This document shows, in pieces, positions 55,501 through 64,000 of a stretch of 64,000 nt of DNA; within the stretch, counting starts at the first letter, position 1; every line of letters begins with the position of its first letter. The notes under the pieces were generated by a model. It had not been told where the DNA came from and did no database searches. It saw nothing but the letters and a program-made list of their open reading frames with translations. Made by a program: the position numbers and the translations under genes. The DNA is from Heteronotia binoei (taxonomy: Eukaryota), in the NCBI RefSeq assembly GCF_032191835.1, contig NC_083226.1, positions 157,294,001 through 157,358,000 of the forward strand, read 5' to 3'.

Positions 55501-55916
55501 TCTAGATATTAACATAACTGAATGTCATTGACATCCAGGGTAATTTTCTTTATAACATTAACATAAATAGATCTTTACAGTTATTTAAATACACTAATAT
55601 CCAAATACAAACCCCTGAAAAACATTGTGGGGTGGGGTTCTTTCTAATTAAGCACAGTATCTCTAATAGTATTCTGAGAACGTATCAAAACAAAAAGTTT
55701 TCGTTTGAAGAACGTGTTGAGCAGCTAGTATCTGCTCTTGGCCAGCAGAGGGCAGATAAGAACAGAGACATGGAAATAACAGGAGAAAATTAGTACCTCT
55801 TTTTCTTCCGTGTATCTTTCTGCCCTTTTTAGTGCTTGTGCTAACTCACTCCTTGGCGTTTCAAATATGTCTGTTCTCATCTCCTTCTCTCCACAGTCAC
55901 TGTTCGTTTCAGCCAT
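31260..55916 (-). CDS. TTC23L: Tetratricopeptide repeat protein 23-like, about 393 aa
   Basis: Nine phase-consistent exons (55916-55797, 50788-50665, 44265-44106, 43060-42935, 40540-40363, 39356-39248, 36502-36375, 34908-34759, 31346-31260) with TTC23/TTC23L-like sequence ([24 protein letters not shown]; [14 protein letters not shown]); position next to RAD1 fits TTC23L. The 3' end is less certain. Confidence 0.88.
31667..32166. mobile_element. hAT MITE (TAGGGTTGCCA TIR), 500 bp, nested in an older related element
   Basis: Perfect TSD CACTGAGG. Confidence 0.92.
32355..32571 (+). mobile_element. Second tRNA-derived SINE family
   Basis: A box TGGCTCAGTGGTAGAG and B box GGTTCAATCCC; related copies at 27718-27876, 28890-29076 and about 42160-42570. 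Confidence 0.8.
33073..33608. repeat. 126-bp inverted repeat with a 284-bp spacer
   Basis: Arms 33073-33198 and 33483-33608 are reverse complements with scattered mismatches. Confidence 0.8.
34194..34480. mobile_element. 287-bp GC-rich palindromic MITE (PIF/Harbinger-like)
   Basis: GGTCGTTTTCGCAC...GTGCGAAAACGACC; arms of about 130 bp with few mismatches; AAA on both flanks. Confidence 0.85.
34759..34908 (-). CDS. TTC23L: TTC23L coding exon 8 (TTC23-like TPR)
   Basis: cttttctag|CAA; [50 protein letters not shown]; |gtaatt. Confidence 0.85.
36375..36502 (-). CDS. TTC23L: TTC23L coding exon 7
   Basis: [43 protein letters not shown]; |gtaac. Confidence 0.92.
36835..37650. mobile_element. hAT MITE containing a nested MITE, itself inside a Sauria SINE
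   Basis: TSD GGTTGGTG/GGTAGGTG; SINE halves at 36715-36834 and 37651-37740. Confidence 0.82.
36959..37429. mobile_element. hAT MITE (TAGGGTTGCCA TIR), inner element
   Basis: Perfect TSD TGGTTTTC. Confidence 0.9.
37994..38537. mobile_element. hAT MITE (TAGGGTTGCCA TIR)
   Basis: Perfect TSD CTGTAAAC; another copy at 56003-56436. Confidence 0.92.
39248..39356 (-). CDS. TTC23L: TTC23L coding exon 6
   Basis: [36 protein letters not shown]; AG/GT flanks. Confidence 0.9.
40363..40540 (-). CDS. TTC23L: TTC23L coding exon 5
   Basis: [59 protein letters not shown]; |gtaagg. Confidence 0.92.
40760..41043 (-). mobile_element. Sauria-type SINE
   Basis: Full length, with a (GAA)/(GAT) tail. Confidence 0.88.
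41497..41862 (+). mobile_element. Sauria-type SINE with a tandemly amplified 5' A-box
   Basis: Full unit starts at 41585, preceded by several TGGTTAA-containing partial heads. Confidence 0.82.
42935..43060 (-). CDS. TTC23L: TTC23L coding exon 4
   Basis: [43 protein letters not shown]; AG|gtaaat. Confidence 0.9.
43061..44105 (-). other. U12-type (minor spliceosome) AT-AC intron of TTC23L
   Basis: 5' site ATATCTTT, branch-point-like GACCTTAAT at 43078-43070, 3' site TTTCTAC|; joining there restores the frame (AA|C = Asn). Confidence 0.88.
43529..43676 (+). mobile_element. 5S rRNA-derived SINE inside the U12 intron
   Basis: 5S-like head; other copies at 10370-10447, 39440-39636, 40117-40340, 60192-60420 and 62558-62750. 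Confidence 0.75.
44106..44265 (-). CDS. TTC23L: TTC23L coding exon 3 (followed by a U12 AT donor)
   Basis: tttccatag|GT; [18 protein letters not shown]...[25 protein letters not shown]; AA|atatcttt. Confidence 0.9.
45231..45522 (-). mobile_element. Sauria-type SINE 27 bp from the Gypsy insertion
   Basis: Full length, with a (GAC/GAA)n tail. Confidence 0.85.
45550..45796 (+). repeat. 5' LTR (247 bp)
   Basis: Appears identical to 49921-50167; contains CCAAT, a TATA-like TATATA and AATAAA at 45750. Confidence 0.97.
45798..45816 (+). other. Primer-binding site complementary to the tRNA-Ser(GCU) 3' end
   Basis: TGGCGACGAGGATGGGATT is the reverse complement of ...AATCCCATCCTCGTCGCCA (vertebrate tRNA-Ser GCU, recalled). 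Confidence 0.85.
45904..49904 (+). CDS. Gypsy Gag-Pol polyprotein (about 1333 aa after repairing a 1-bp deletion at about 48827)
   Basis: ORFs 45904-48879 and 48645-49904; Zn knuckles at 46585-46683, protease DSG at 46846, RT FFDD at 47683, RNase H CDAS/TDHKPL, integrase HHCC plus D-D-E; strong Kozak gccgccATGg. Confidence 0.93.
49908..49920 (+). other. Polypurine tract
   Basis: AGGGGGGGAGGAG immediately before the 3' LTR TG. Confidence 0.9.
49921..50167 (+). repeat. 3' LTR (247 bp)
   Basis: Direct repeat of the 5' LTR, followed by the GGGAC TSD. Confidence 0.97.
50665..50788 (-). CDS. TTC23L: TTC23L coding exon 2
   Basis: ttttccag|ATG; [41 protein letters not shown]; |gtaag. Confidence 0.92.
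50828..51008. mobile_element. hAT MITE (CAGGGCCGGATCTA TIR)
   Basis: TIRs CAGGGCCGGATCTA and TAGATCCGGTCCTG; TSD TTCTTCTG/CTCTTCTG; 40 bp from a TTC23L acceptor. Confidence 0.85.
51478..51714 (-). mobile_element. Sauria-type SINE
   Basis: Family consensus; further copies at 30420-30560, 38915-39131, 52057-52320, 59047-59287 and 59837-60120. Confidence 0.8.
53376..55042 (+). mobile_element. CR1 LINE, 5'-truncated, open RT frame, nested inverted in the host CR1
   Basis: Open frame [16 protein letters not shown]...FADDTKL...EQRS up to the gap; (TTCTTATG)n tail; TAAA duplicated at 53372-53375 and 55043-55046. Confidence 0.92.
54834..54978. other. Assembly gap (145 N)
   Basis: N run where the CR1 3'UTR microsatellite is expected. 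Confidence 0.99.
55797..55916 (-). CDS. TTC23L: TTC23L first coding exon (acceptor at 55936)
   Basis: gttATGg Kozak context; [40 protein letters not shown]; GAG|gtacta. Confidence 0.75.
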
Positions 55917-57281
55917 AACGCTTTGTCGTTTCAGCCCTAATCATTGTAAAGCAGGGTGTTAGTCACTGGCTGCCTCTTAGCCTGATCTAGTCACCCTCAC
56001 AACAGGGTTGCCAATCCCCAGGTGGGGGCAAGGGATTCCCTGGTTTGGAGGCCCTCCTCCCACTTCAGGGTCATCAAAAAGCACAGGGGGGAAATGTCTT
56101 CTGGGCACTCCATGATTCCCTATGGAGACTGATTCCCATAGCGTTTAATGGGAATTAGCGCAGCATCCGGTGCCTTTTCTCAAAACACTCTCCAAGTTTC
56201 AAAAAGCAAGGGGGTCCAATTCTATGAGCCCCCAAAGAAGGTGCCGCTATCCTTCATTATTTCCAGTGGAAGGAAGGCATTTAAAAGGTGTGTTGTCCCT
56301 TTAAATGTGATGGCCAGAACTCCCTTTGGAGTTCAATTATGCTTGTCACAGCCTTGATCTTGACTCCACCCCTAATGTCTCCTGGCTCCACCCCCAAAGT
56401 CCCCAGATATTTCTTGAATTGGACCCAGCAACCCTACCGCCCAAGTAGTGATCACCAGAGCATAAAGTTGCCAGCTCTTGAGAAACACCTGGAGATTTGG
56501 AGATGGAGCGTAGTGAGGGCAGGATTTGAGGAGGGGTGGAGCCTCAACAGGGTATAATGCCATAGAATTCATGCTCCAAAGCAGTAATCTTCTCGAGGGA
56601 TACTGATCTTAGTGGTCTGGGAATCAACTGGAATAGCAGATCTCCAGGTGCCACCTGGAGGTTGACAACCCCACCAATGGTGCCCAGGGATGGTTGTTGT
56701 TCCTCCCTTTGCTTTTGAATTATTTATTTAGAAAATTGTTATGCTGCTTCTCCAGAGAATCTGCCTGGGGCGTTTTCAAAATAAAACATAATCAAAACAG
56801 AGAACATTTAAAGTTGATTAGTACCTAGCATTAAAAACCCAGCCAGAACATAAAACCAGTGAGTGATTTCTAATGGATTTAACAGCTTTTAGGCTGTTAA
56901 ATGGGGTTAAGAAATTACCCCTTTAATTAAAAGCTTGGTAAACAGAAACGTTTGGGCCCAGTACCTAAAGGTGAGTAGAAGACAAGCAAGCCTCAAGGGG
57001 AAGGTCTTTCCACAGGTAAGGTGCCACTACTGAAAAAGCCTCTCACTGTTTGCTACACCACTGGACCTCTGGAGATGGATGGTGGCACAGAGGTCACAGC
57101 TGGGCAGCATGGCCAACCAGAAGGGGGCCCAGGAAGGCCATTTGGCTTGGGTCTCATCCTCATGAGTCCTCTGCATTTGATGATTCACCAGTTTGATGTA
57201 GTGGTTAAGTGTGCGGACTCTTATCTGGGAGAACCAGGTTTGATTCTCCATGCCTCCACTTGCAGCTGCTGGAATGGCCTT

Positions 57282-57831
57282 AGAACATAAGAAAATTAGA
57301 GAAGCCATGTTGGATCAGGCCAATGGCCCATCCAGTCCAACACTCTGGGCGTTTTCGCACTGACCTTAATCGGCGGCGACGCCCCTCTTCACCGCGCAGG
57401 ATCTGCGCGGATTTCGCACTAAGAAGAGCCGGAAAGTCCCGCGGCTTTTGTGGCGCAAACGGAAACCGCCAAAAACCAGTTTCCATTTGCGCCGCAAAAG
57501 CCACGGGACTTTCCGGCTCTTCCGGGTGCTCTGCGGCAAATTTCACGTTAATCACCCTTTGGGTGAAGAAGTGCTTCCTTTTATCCGTTTTAACCTGTCT
57601 GCTCAGCAATTTCATCAAATGCCCACGAGTTCTTGTATTGTGAGAAAGGGAGAAAAGTACTTCTTTCTCTACTTTCTCCATCCCATGCATTATCTTGTAA
57701 ACCTCTATCATGTTACCCCGCAGTTGACGTTTCTCCAAGCTAAAGAGTCCCAAGCGTTTCAACCTTTCTTCATAGGGAAAGTGTTCCAGCCCTTTAATCA
57801 TTCTAGTTGCCCTTTTCTGGACTTTCTCCAA
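57282..57831 (-). mobile_element. CR1 3' fragment inserted in a Sauria SINE and interrupted by a palindromic MITE
   Basis: [24 protein letters not shown] on the minus strand; CR1 tail AGAACATAAG at 57282. Confidence 0.85.
57347..57525. mobile_element. Truncated relative of the GC-rich palindromic MITE
   Basis: GGGCGTTTTCGCACTG... shares CTCTTCACCGCGCAGGATCTGCGCGGATTTCGCACTAA with the 34194 copy. Confidence 0.75.
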
Positions 57832-58365
57832 TGCCTTGGGTCAGCCATAGCTCTCGCAGAGTTTGTCCTTGAAACGGCAGCTTCTGGGAGAGCTCTCTCA
57901 GCCCCACCTACCTCACATGGTGTCTGTTGTGTGGGGAGAAGATATAGGAGATTGTAAACTGCAATAAGACTCTGATTCAGAGAGAAGGTCAGGTATAAAA
58001 CTATGGTTTTCTTCTTCTTCTTCTTCTTCTTCTTCTTCTTCTTCTTCACTTTTAATGTGCCTCATATGTTGTCCTTTTTTTAAAAAAAAAGAATTTCTGG
58101 CTAGGGATCTCAAAAACTGGAAGTGTCCTGGGCTCCTCTGGACTTCTCAGAGAGCCTGCTGAGCAGTATGGACAGAGGCTATCCTTCCCCAAAATGCCTA
58201 ATTCCCAGTCTTGACTGCTCCATCTTCAGAAGATCCAGCAGAAATCACCTTTAGATCTGCAGGGAGCACCCATTTGGAAATAGGTGTGTGGCCCCCTCAA
58301 CCTGTGAAGATGTTTAGTTTGAAACTTCCAAACGTTTGGCACTGCATCTGTGGCAACCATTTTGT

Positions 58366-58562
58366 CAGGGCTTTTTTTGAACAGGAATGTGCAGGAACAC
58401 AGTCCTGGCTGGCTTGGTGTCAAGGGGCATTGCCTAATAAGCAAATAGGTTCCTAGCGGGCTTTTTCTACAAAAAAGCCCTGTGTGAAACAATGCTGATG
58501 CCAGGGGGTGTGGCCTAATATGCAAATTTCCTACCAGGCTTCTTCTACAAAAAAAAGCCCTG
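58366..58562. mobile_element. hAT MITE (CAGGGCTTTTTTT TIR)
   Basis: Perfect 8-bp TSD CATTTTGT; relatives at 10815-10970, 26782-26897 and 36193-36350. Confidence 0.9.
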
Positions 58563-60512
58563 CATTTTGTGATGAGAGAACCTTTTTTCAAGACTCTGGA
58601 ACTGCCAACAGCATTGACCTGGTGCTGTCCATGCCCTAAGTGGAGAACAGCTATGAGAAAAGGCTGCTTCCTCACTTCTCCAGCCATTGAGCAAAACTAG
58701 CTGCCGATGCCAGCCGTAGTCAGCAGCAAGGACATCTTAGTAACTTTTAAGATTTCCTTCCTTCAGCAATATTGAAATGTGAGCCTAGGAAAGAAATGTG
58801 CGAGCAGAACAGAGGAAGGTAGGAAGCACAATTCCCAAACTCTTCAGCTGGAGACAGGAAACCGACAGCCATCAACTGCCAAATGTAAATAAACATTGCC
58901 AGACATTTACTGTTTCCACCTCATTGTTGTTCTCGGTCGCATTCCTCTCTGGCTGGCCCACGAGAATGGGTTTGCTTTGCTTACGTTCAGGGATCTGCTT
59001 TATTGCCACATTCGGGTTAAAAAAACTTCTCTCCCAAGTCAGACCAGATGATGAAGATGATATTGGATTTATATCCCGCCCCATACTCTGACTCTCAGAG
59101 CTGTCACAATCTCCTTTATCTTTCCCCCACCCCCCACAATAGACACCCTGTGAGGTAGGTGGGGCTGAGAGAGCTCTCCCAGAACCTGCCTTTTCAAAGA
59201 CAGCTCTGTGAGAGCTATGGCTGACCCAAGGCCATTCCAGCAGCAGCAAGTGGAGAAGTGGGGAATTTGGTGTAGTGGTTAAGTGCACTACAGTTCCCAG
59301 GGTTCCCTGGGAGACAACTGAAATTATGCCCTTGAAAAAGTTTGCATTTTTTGTTCACTCTGCTCCTCCACCAGGTAAACGGAGTGTGGTGTGGGGCTCA
59401 GCGTCCTACCTTTGCTGCCAACTTAGGCTTCATGGACTGGCAAAATCCAGTTGGAAAGTGCATTATTTCATGTGTGCAATCACAGCCTTTGCCATGGCAG
59501 CTCAGCAGCACAGCCGCTCCCAAATCTGCTCCAACAACTCCAGGAGTACCTATGTGGGTTTAAAAGGGGAAGAACAGACTTTTCCCTTCCTTCCTTCTTT
59601 GCAGATAGGATTGGAAGGAGATTGTTGACCCATTCGCCCTAATGGCTTGCCACCTCTATGGGATCACATCTGAAGCACCACCAGATCCTTTGCCATTTGT
59701 CAGTCAAGCCACTGTGTGATCTTTGGATAAATTTCCTTCTGGGGCAGGGGCGGGGCTTGACTTCTCTTATGTTCTTGCGAAAGCTGTTCTTGAGCTGCTC
59801 TCTCTCCTCTCCTGTATTTTTGCTCTGCAGTCTTAGGAGAGCCAGTTTGATATAGTGGTTAACTGCATGGACTTTTATCTGGGAGAACCGGGTTTGATTC
59901 CCCACTTCTCCGCATGCACCTCCTGGACTGAATCTGGCTCAGTCATAAATCTCTCAAAGCTGTTCTGCACAAGAGCAGTTTTGGAGAGCTCTCTCAGCCT
60001 CACCTACATCACAGGGTATCTGTTGTGAGGAAAGGAAAGAAAAAGAAGATTGTAAGCTGCTCTGAAACTCCTTTGAGTGAAGGGTGGGGTATAAATCTAA
60101 TCTCCTCCCCCTCCTCCTCCCTTTTCTTGGGTCCCCACCTTTTGCCCTGGTATAACTAACTAAATACTTCACTAGTTTTGGGAATTACTATCTCAGATAG
60201 CCCAGGTTAGCCTGATCTCATCAGGTCTTGGCAGCTAAGCAAGGTCAGCCCTGGCTAGAATTCATTTGGAAGGGCGACTTCTAAGAACTACCAAGCCCAT
60301 GACACACAAGCAGGCAATGGCAAACCACCTCTGAATGTCTCTTGCCTTGAAAACTGTATGGGGGTGGCCCCAAATCAGCTCTGTGACTTAATGATACTTT
60401 CCTCCTCCACCACCACCACATCCCAGAGCAGAGAGACTGGGGGGAAGGGGGAGGTATGAATCCATAATTATTTGCAGGGTAGCAAAGAAATCAGCTAGAA
60501 GTTGTCTCCTAC

Positions 60513-60780
60513 CTCTGCCACTAGCAACTCCCGCAGACTTCCAGCTGCTATAAAAAGCCTCTTTCTCTCCACTTGATTTTAAGTCACAGAAGTTCACACT
60601 GACCCGGTGCACAAGCTGTGCATATAAATGCGAGCACAGGCAGCCGCCCTCCTGGTTTGCTCCACTCTACAGAGGCCTCTGCTCCTTTCCTGGATTACAT
60701 TGCTTTGTGGTTTCCTTTAATCCAGGCACCACCCCAAGCGGTAGCCTTGGAGACTATACAAGTGTTGCCTTGGTGACAAG
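60513..60780 (-). promoter_or_regulatory. Candidate TTC23L promoter and non-coding first exon with two RFX X-box-like motifs
   Basis: GTAGCCTTGGAGAC at 60741-60754 and GTTGCCTTGGTGAC at 60764-60777; minus-strand donor GAG|GTAGGA at 60513. Confidence 0.5.
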
Positions 60781-62959
60781 GATGCACTTAAATGAAAAGT
60801 GGCCCTGAAGCTTGAAGACAGAAGGGGGAAAGGTTAACACTCAAGAGGAAACGGATGCTTCTCAGCAGGCCTCGGATTCAGCAGCTCACAGGAGCACAGC
60901 TCCTGAACCTTTCTGAGAGTTCCACCTCCTCCTTCCCACCTTGTCCACTGAATAGTAGGTGCAGCTGCATAACAATCCCTAGATGAGCTCCACCACCTAT
61001 TTTCCTACAAAAACGACCCCTGCTCCTCAGAGATCCAATGATTGGGGGGGGGGACTCACTCTTTAAGAGCCTATATTGGATCCACCTTTATTACTGGAGA
61101 AGAAAGTTAATGCAGCTGCAAAAAACGCTGTTGTACCAACTCAGCCAAGCACATTGAACTATTTTTTTCTCATTTTTCTGTTAGCGTGATACAAGTAAAA
61201 GGATTGCGACTCCCGCAGTAGAAACAACTAGATAGGGCGGGGTTCACTTTTTAAAGATGGCTCAAGCAGTCAGGCCCGCCTTGAATTCTGCTTTTGGGGG
61301 AAAGTCAGTGTTGCTACCTGAGGCTAGGCAATTTTTTTTTTTTTAAGAAAATGCAGGACTGTGCTGTACTTACTTTTTCTCTCAATTTAAGGGTAATGTA
61401 CTTGGTCTCACCCCTTGTTTTATCTTCACAACAATCCCGTGAGGTAAATTAAAACTGAGAAAGACTGACCTGGCCCACGATTGTGCTGTAGGCTTTGTGG
61501 CTGACTGGAGAAGCAAGCTAAGATCCCGTTGGGTCCAAGCCCTTGTTTCCTCGCTGTGTTGTACTGACAATATTTACCATGCTTCTTTTGCTAGAGACAG
61601 TTCTGTGACAGACACATGCAATAGCCAAAGGACAAAATAATCTTGGTGTGTGAATTACTTTTTTAAAAAAAAAATAAGTGAGAAATTCTGCCTTCAACTT
61701 GAACTAAAAAAAAAAAAAACCATGAAAAAATAGATGTATACCATTGTAGCCTTGCCACCACACCTCTCCAGGCCCCAGAGTAGAAACACCATAAGTTTAG
61801 ATATAATCCAGGAAGCCCTCTAAGATTATTCCAGCTGCATATGTCCCAGGCTTGATATGCAACAAAATGGTAGAATGGACTGCACCACTTCAGACTGCAG
61901 GGGTGGAATCACATTTGTCAGAGATCCCCCACCTTAATAATTCTCTCCTCCAAAGGGAAAAACAGGACAGCATGACAAGGGCTAGGATAGATTCTTTTTG
62001 AAGTGCTAAGCTTTTGCCTGGATAAACTATATCTCGCCCATGAGTTAGCATTAAAAATGCAACTCCTCTCAGCTGCGGTCTACAGTGGTACAGCCTGTTC
62101 TGTCTCCTCACTGTTCTACCACCTCATTCAGATAGACGTATGTGTAGGCCCAGGCCGTAGGTTGTCATGACTGGGGAAATGCAAGAGTTTGGGGTTAGTT
62201 CTTTTACTTTCTAATGGTTAGTTCTGATGTATAACTCAGTTGTTGCATAGGTCCCTGGTTTATGCGTAGATCCAGTTCGGAGAGTGGTTAGAGTGTCAGG
62301 CTAGGATCTGGAAACCCAGGTTCAAATCCCTATTCTGCCACGGATGCTCACTGGGTGAACTTGGACTGTCCATTGAATTGGAGGTAGCAGGTGTCACTGG
62401 GTGTGTGTGGGAGGAGGTATCTATGAGTTTCATGCATTGTGCAGGGGGTTGGACTAGATGACCCTGGAGGTTGCTGTGAGAATAAAAGAGCACAGAACTG
62501 AAGGAAGGGGCAGACGGAAATGTACTAAAATAACAGGACTCTATCTTATCTCCCACCTGACCTGAATAGCCCAGGCTAGCCCAATCTCATCCGGCCTTGG
62601 AAGCTAAGCAGGGTCAGCCTTGGCTACTATTTGGAACCACCAAGGAATACCAGGGGCACTACGCAGAGGCAGGCAATGGCAAGCCACCTCTGAATGTCTC
62701 TTGCCTTGAAAACCCTAACAGGTCACCCACCATCTGTGACTTGACAGAAGGAAGAAAATGATAATTTTATCCACACTCAGGTATCACAAGTGCTGTTGAA
62801 TAAAAGCAGAAAATCTTCAATATCTGATCTGCATGTGAGGAGGTGAGGGAGACTGAATTTGAACATTGTTCTTGTCACAATCGAACAGCCTTGTCAGGCG
62901 AGTTCTCCCCCTCACAGATCCTCTCAGAAACAGAAGATAGATGAATCAAAGTATAAACA

Positions 62960-64000
62960 CATTTTTTTTTAAAAAAACCCACCATTTATTTGTTGAATAA
63001 GGAAACTTTTGTAAAATTACATATAAAGGACAGTTACTAAGCTATAGTGTACAATTTCCAATGTTTCACAATGATAATTGTAATAAATACATATAAACAA
63101 AACAAGGTAAAAAGCTAAGGGGTTTTTTGTCAGGCAACCTACAAAATGGTTCCCCAAGTTTTATACCTGGCAGCGTTTTATTGGCATACTTCAGGTTTGT
63201 TTTTTAAAAATTTGTCTCTGTTAAGTGCTGCTGCACATTTCTTTGGAGCATTTTTCTTCCAGGAAAAAAGGGTGTCTAACTACAAAATACTGTCCAAAAA
63301 TTAATACGAATTAGTTAAAACCAAGGAGAAGAAAAATCAAGGCCCAAGTACAAAATCCATTTAGGCACGGCCACTGTGGGGGAAAAAGGCGGTTGGTGCA
63401 CAATGAGTCAGTGATCCTGAGGCACTGGACAGTTCCATGTCTGGATACTTCACTTACAGAACACTGGAAACTTCTGCAGCTGCCATAGCTCTGCCAACAG
63501 GCATAAAACCAACACAAGGTCCAGTGCTCTATGTGAAGAGATATGCCAATTACAATAGTCATTCCCTTTAGTGCATGTGTGTGTGTGGAAGGTTGAGGCG
63601 TTCTCTCCCATGATGCTCTGATACACAGAGAACTTGTGTCTGGCACTCTCTGCTGAACTTTTAGTTCTCTTTAAAGGCTTTTAAATTAGGCTCTTTAGAT
63701 TCTCTTCACTGAATTTTTATAGTATAGAAGTACTCCTGCAAGTGTGTCTGCACCCAGAAACTTCCACTGGCCCCCGGGAACTTCAGTTTTATGAGAGGAT
63801 TTTCTGACTAAGAATTCATGGAGTTCTCTGAAATTTACGATTCCCACAATGCTTTGGGAAGGGCTACAGTGGTTAAACAACAGGTGTCAAAATTGGTATA
63901 CAGTATACATCTGCGATAAAAAAAACAGCAGGTGAGACAGGATTAAAACATTACTATTTATACTAAAATATGCTCATAAGGCTGGGCTTTTCCTGGGCAT
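62960..64000 (-). other. AU-rich 3'UTR entering from the right, probably RAI14
   Basis: Minus-strand AATAAA at 62990-62985 followed by a U-rich tract, and free of TEs. Identity rests only on known RAI14-TTC23L synteny. Confidence 0.45.

Larger units (their letters stand above)
57188..58050 (+). mobile_element. Sauria-type SINE split by CR1 and MITE
   Basis: Head at 57188-57281; body resumes at 57831; (TTC)n tail at 58008-58047. Confidence 0.82.

Noticed and set aside
60388-60612. ORF that would splice in phase onto the TTC23L exon at 55936 as a coding first exon
   Set aside because: It starts at GTG, with no in-frame ATG before the upstream TAG; the phase match is a 1-in-3 coincidence. Kept only as a candidate non-coding exon.

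Overview
Vertebrate nuclear DNA, inferred to be a squamate and probably a gecko (Sauria-type tRNA SINEs, 5S-headed SINEs, BovB, CR1 and hAT MITEs). It covers the conserved DNAJC21-BRIX1-RAD1-TTC23L-(RAI14) block. DNAJC21 exons 1-4 lie on the minus strand and the gene runs off the left edge. BRIX1 is complete (minus, 10 exons, 349 aa). RAD1 is complete (plus, 5 coding exons, 290 aa) and head-to-head with BRIX1. TTC23L has 9 coding exons (minus, about 393 aa) and one U12 AT-AC intron. An AU-rich 3'UTR, probably RAI14, enters from the right edge. All exon boundaries were read by hand and their phases are mutually consistent. The introns are dense in transposons. These include a full-length 4.6-kb Ty3/Gypsy (Mag-like) element with identical 247-bp LTRs, a 5-bp TSD, a 19-nt tRNA-Ser primer site and one 1-bp frameshift; a CR1 inserted inverted inside another CR1; multi-layer nests; and many hAT MITEs with 8-bp TSDs. 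I did not find a demonstrably new biological system. The best leads are the near-active Gypsy, the U12 intron, two extra TTC23-like C-terminal exons in TTC23L, a tandem RFX X-box pair, a four-copy CGCTCTAGC promoter motif, a CCAAT tandem array, and several short templated insertions. Homology calls come from recalled protein and RNA families, not from database searches.
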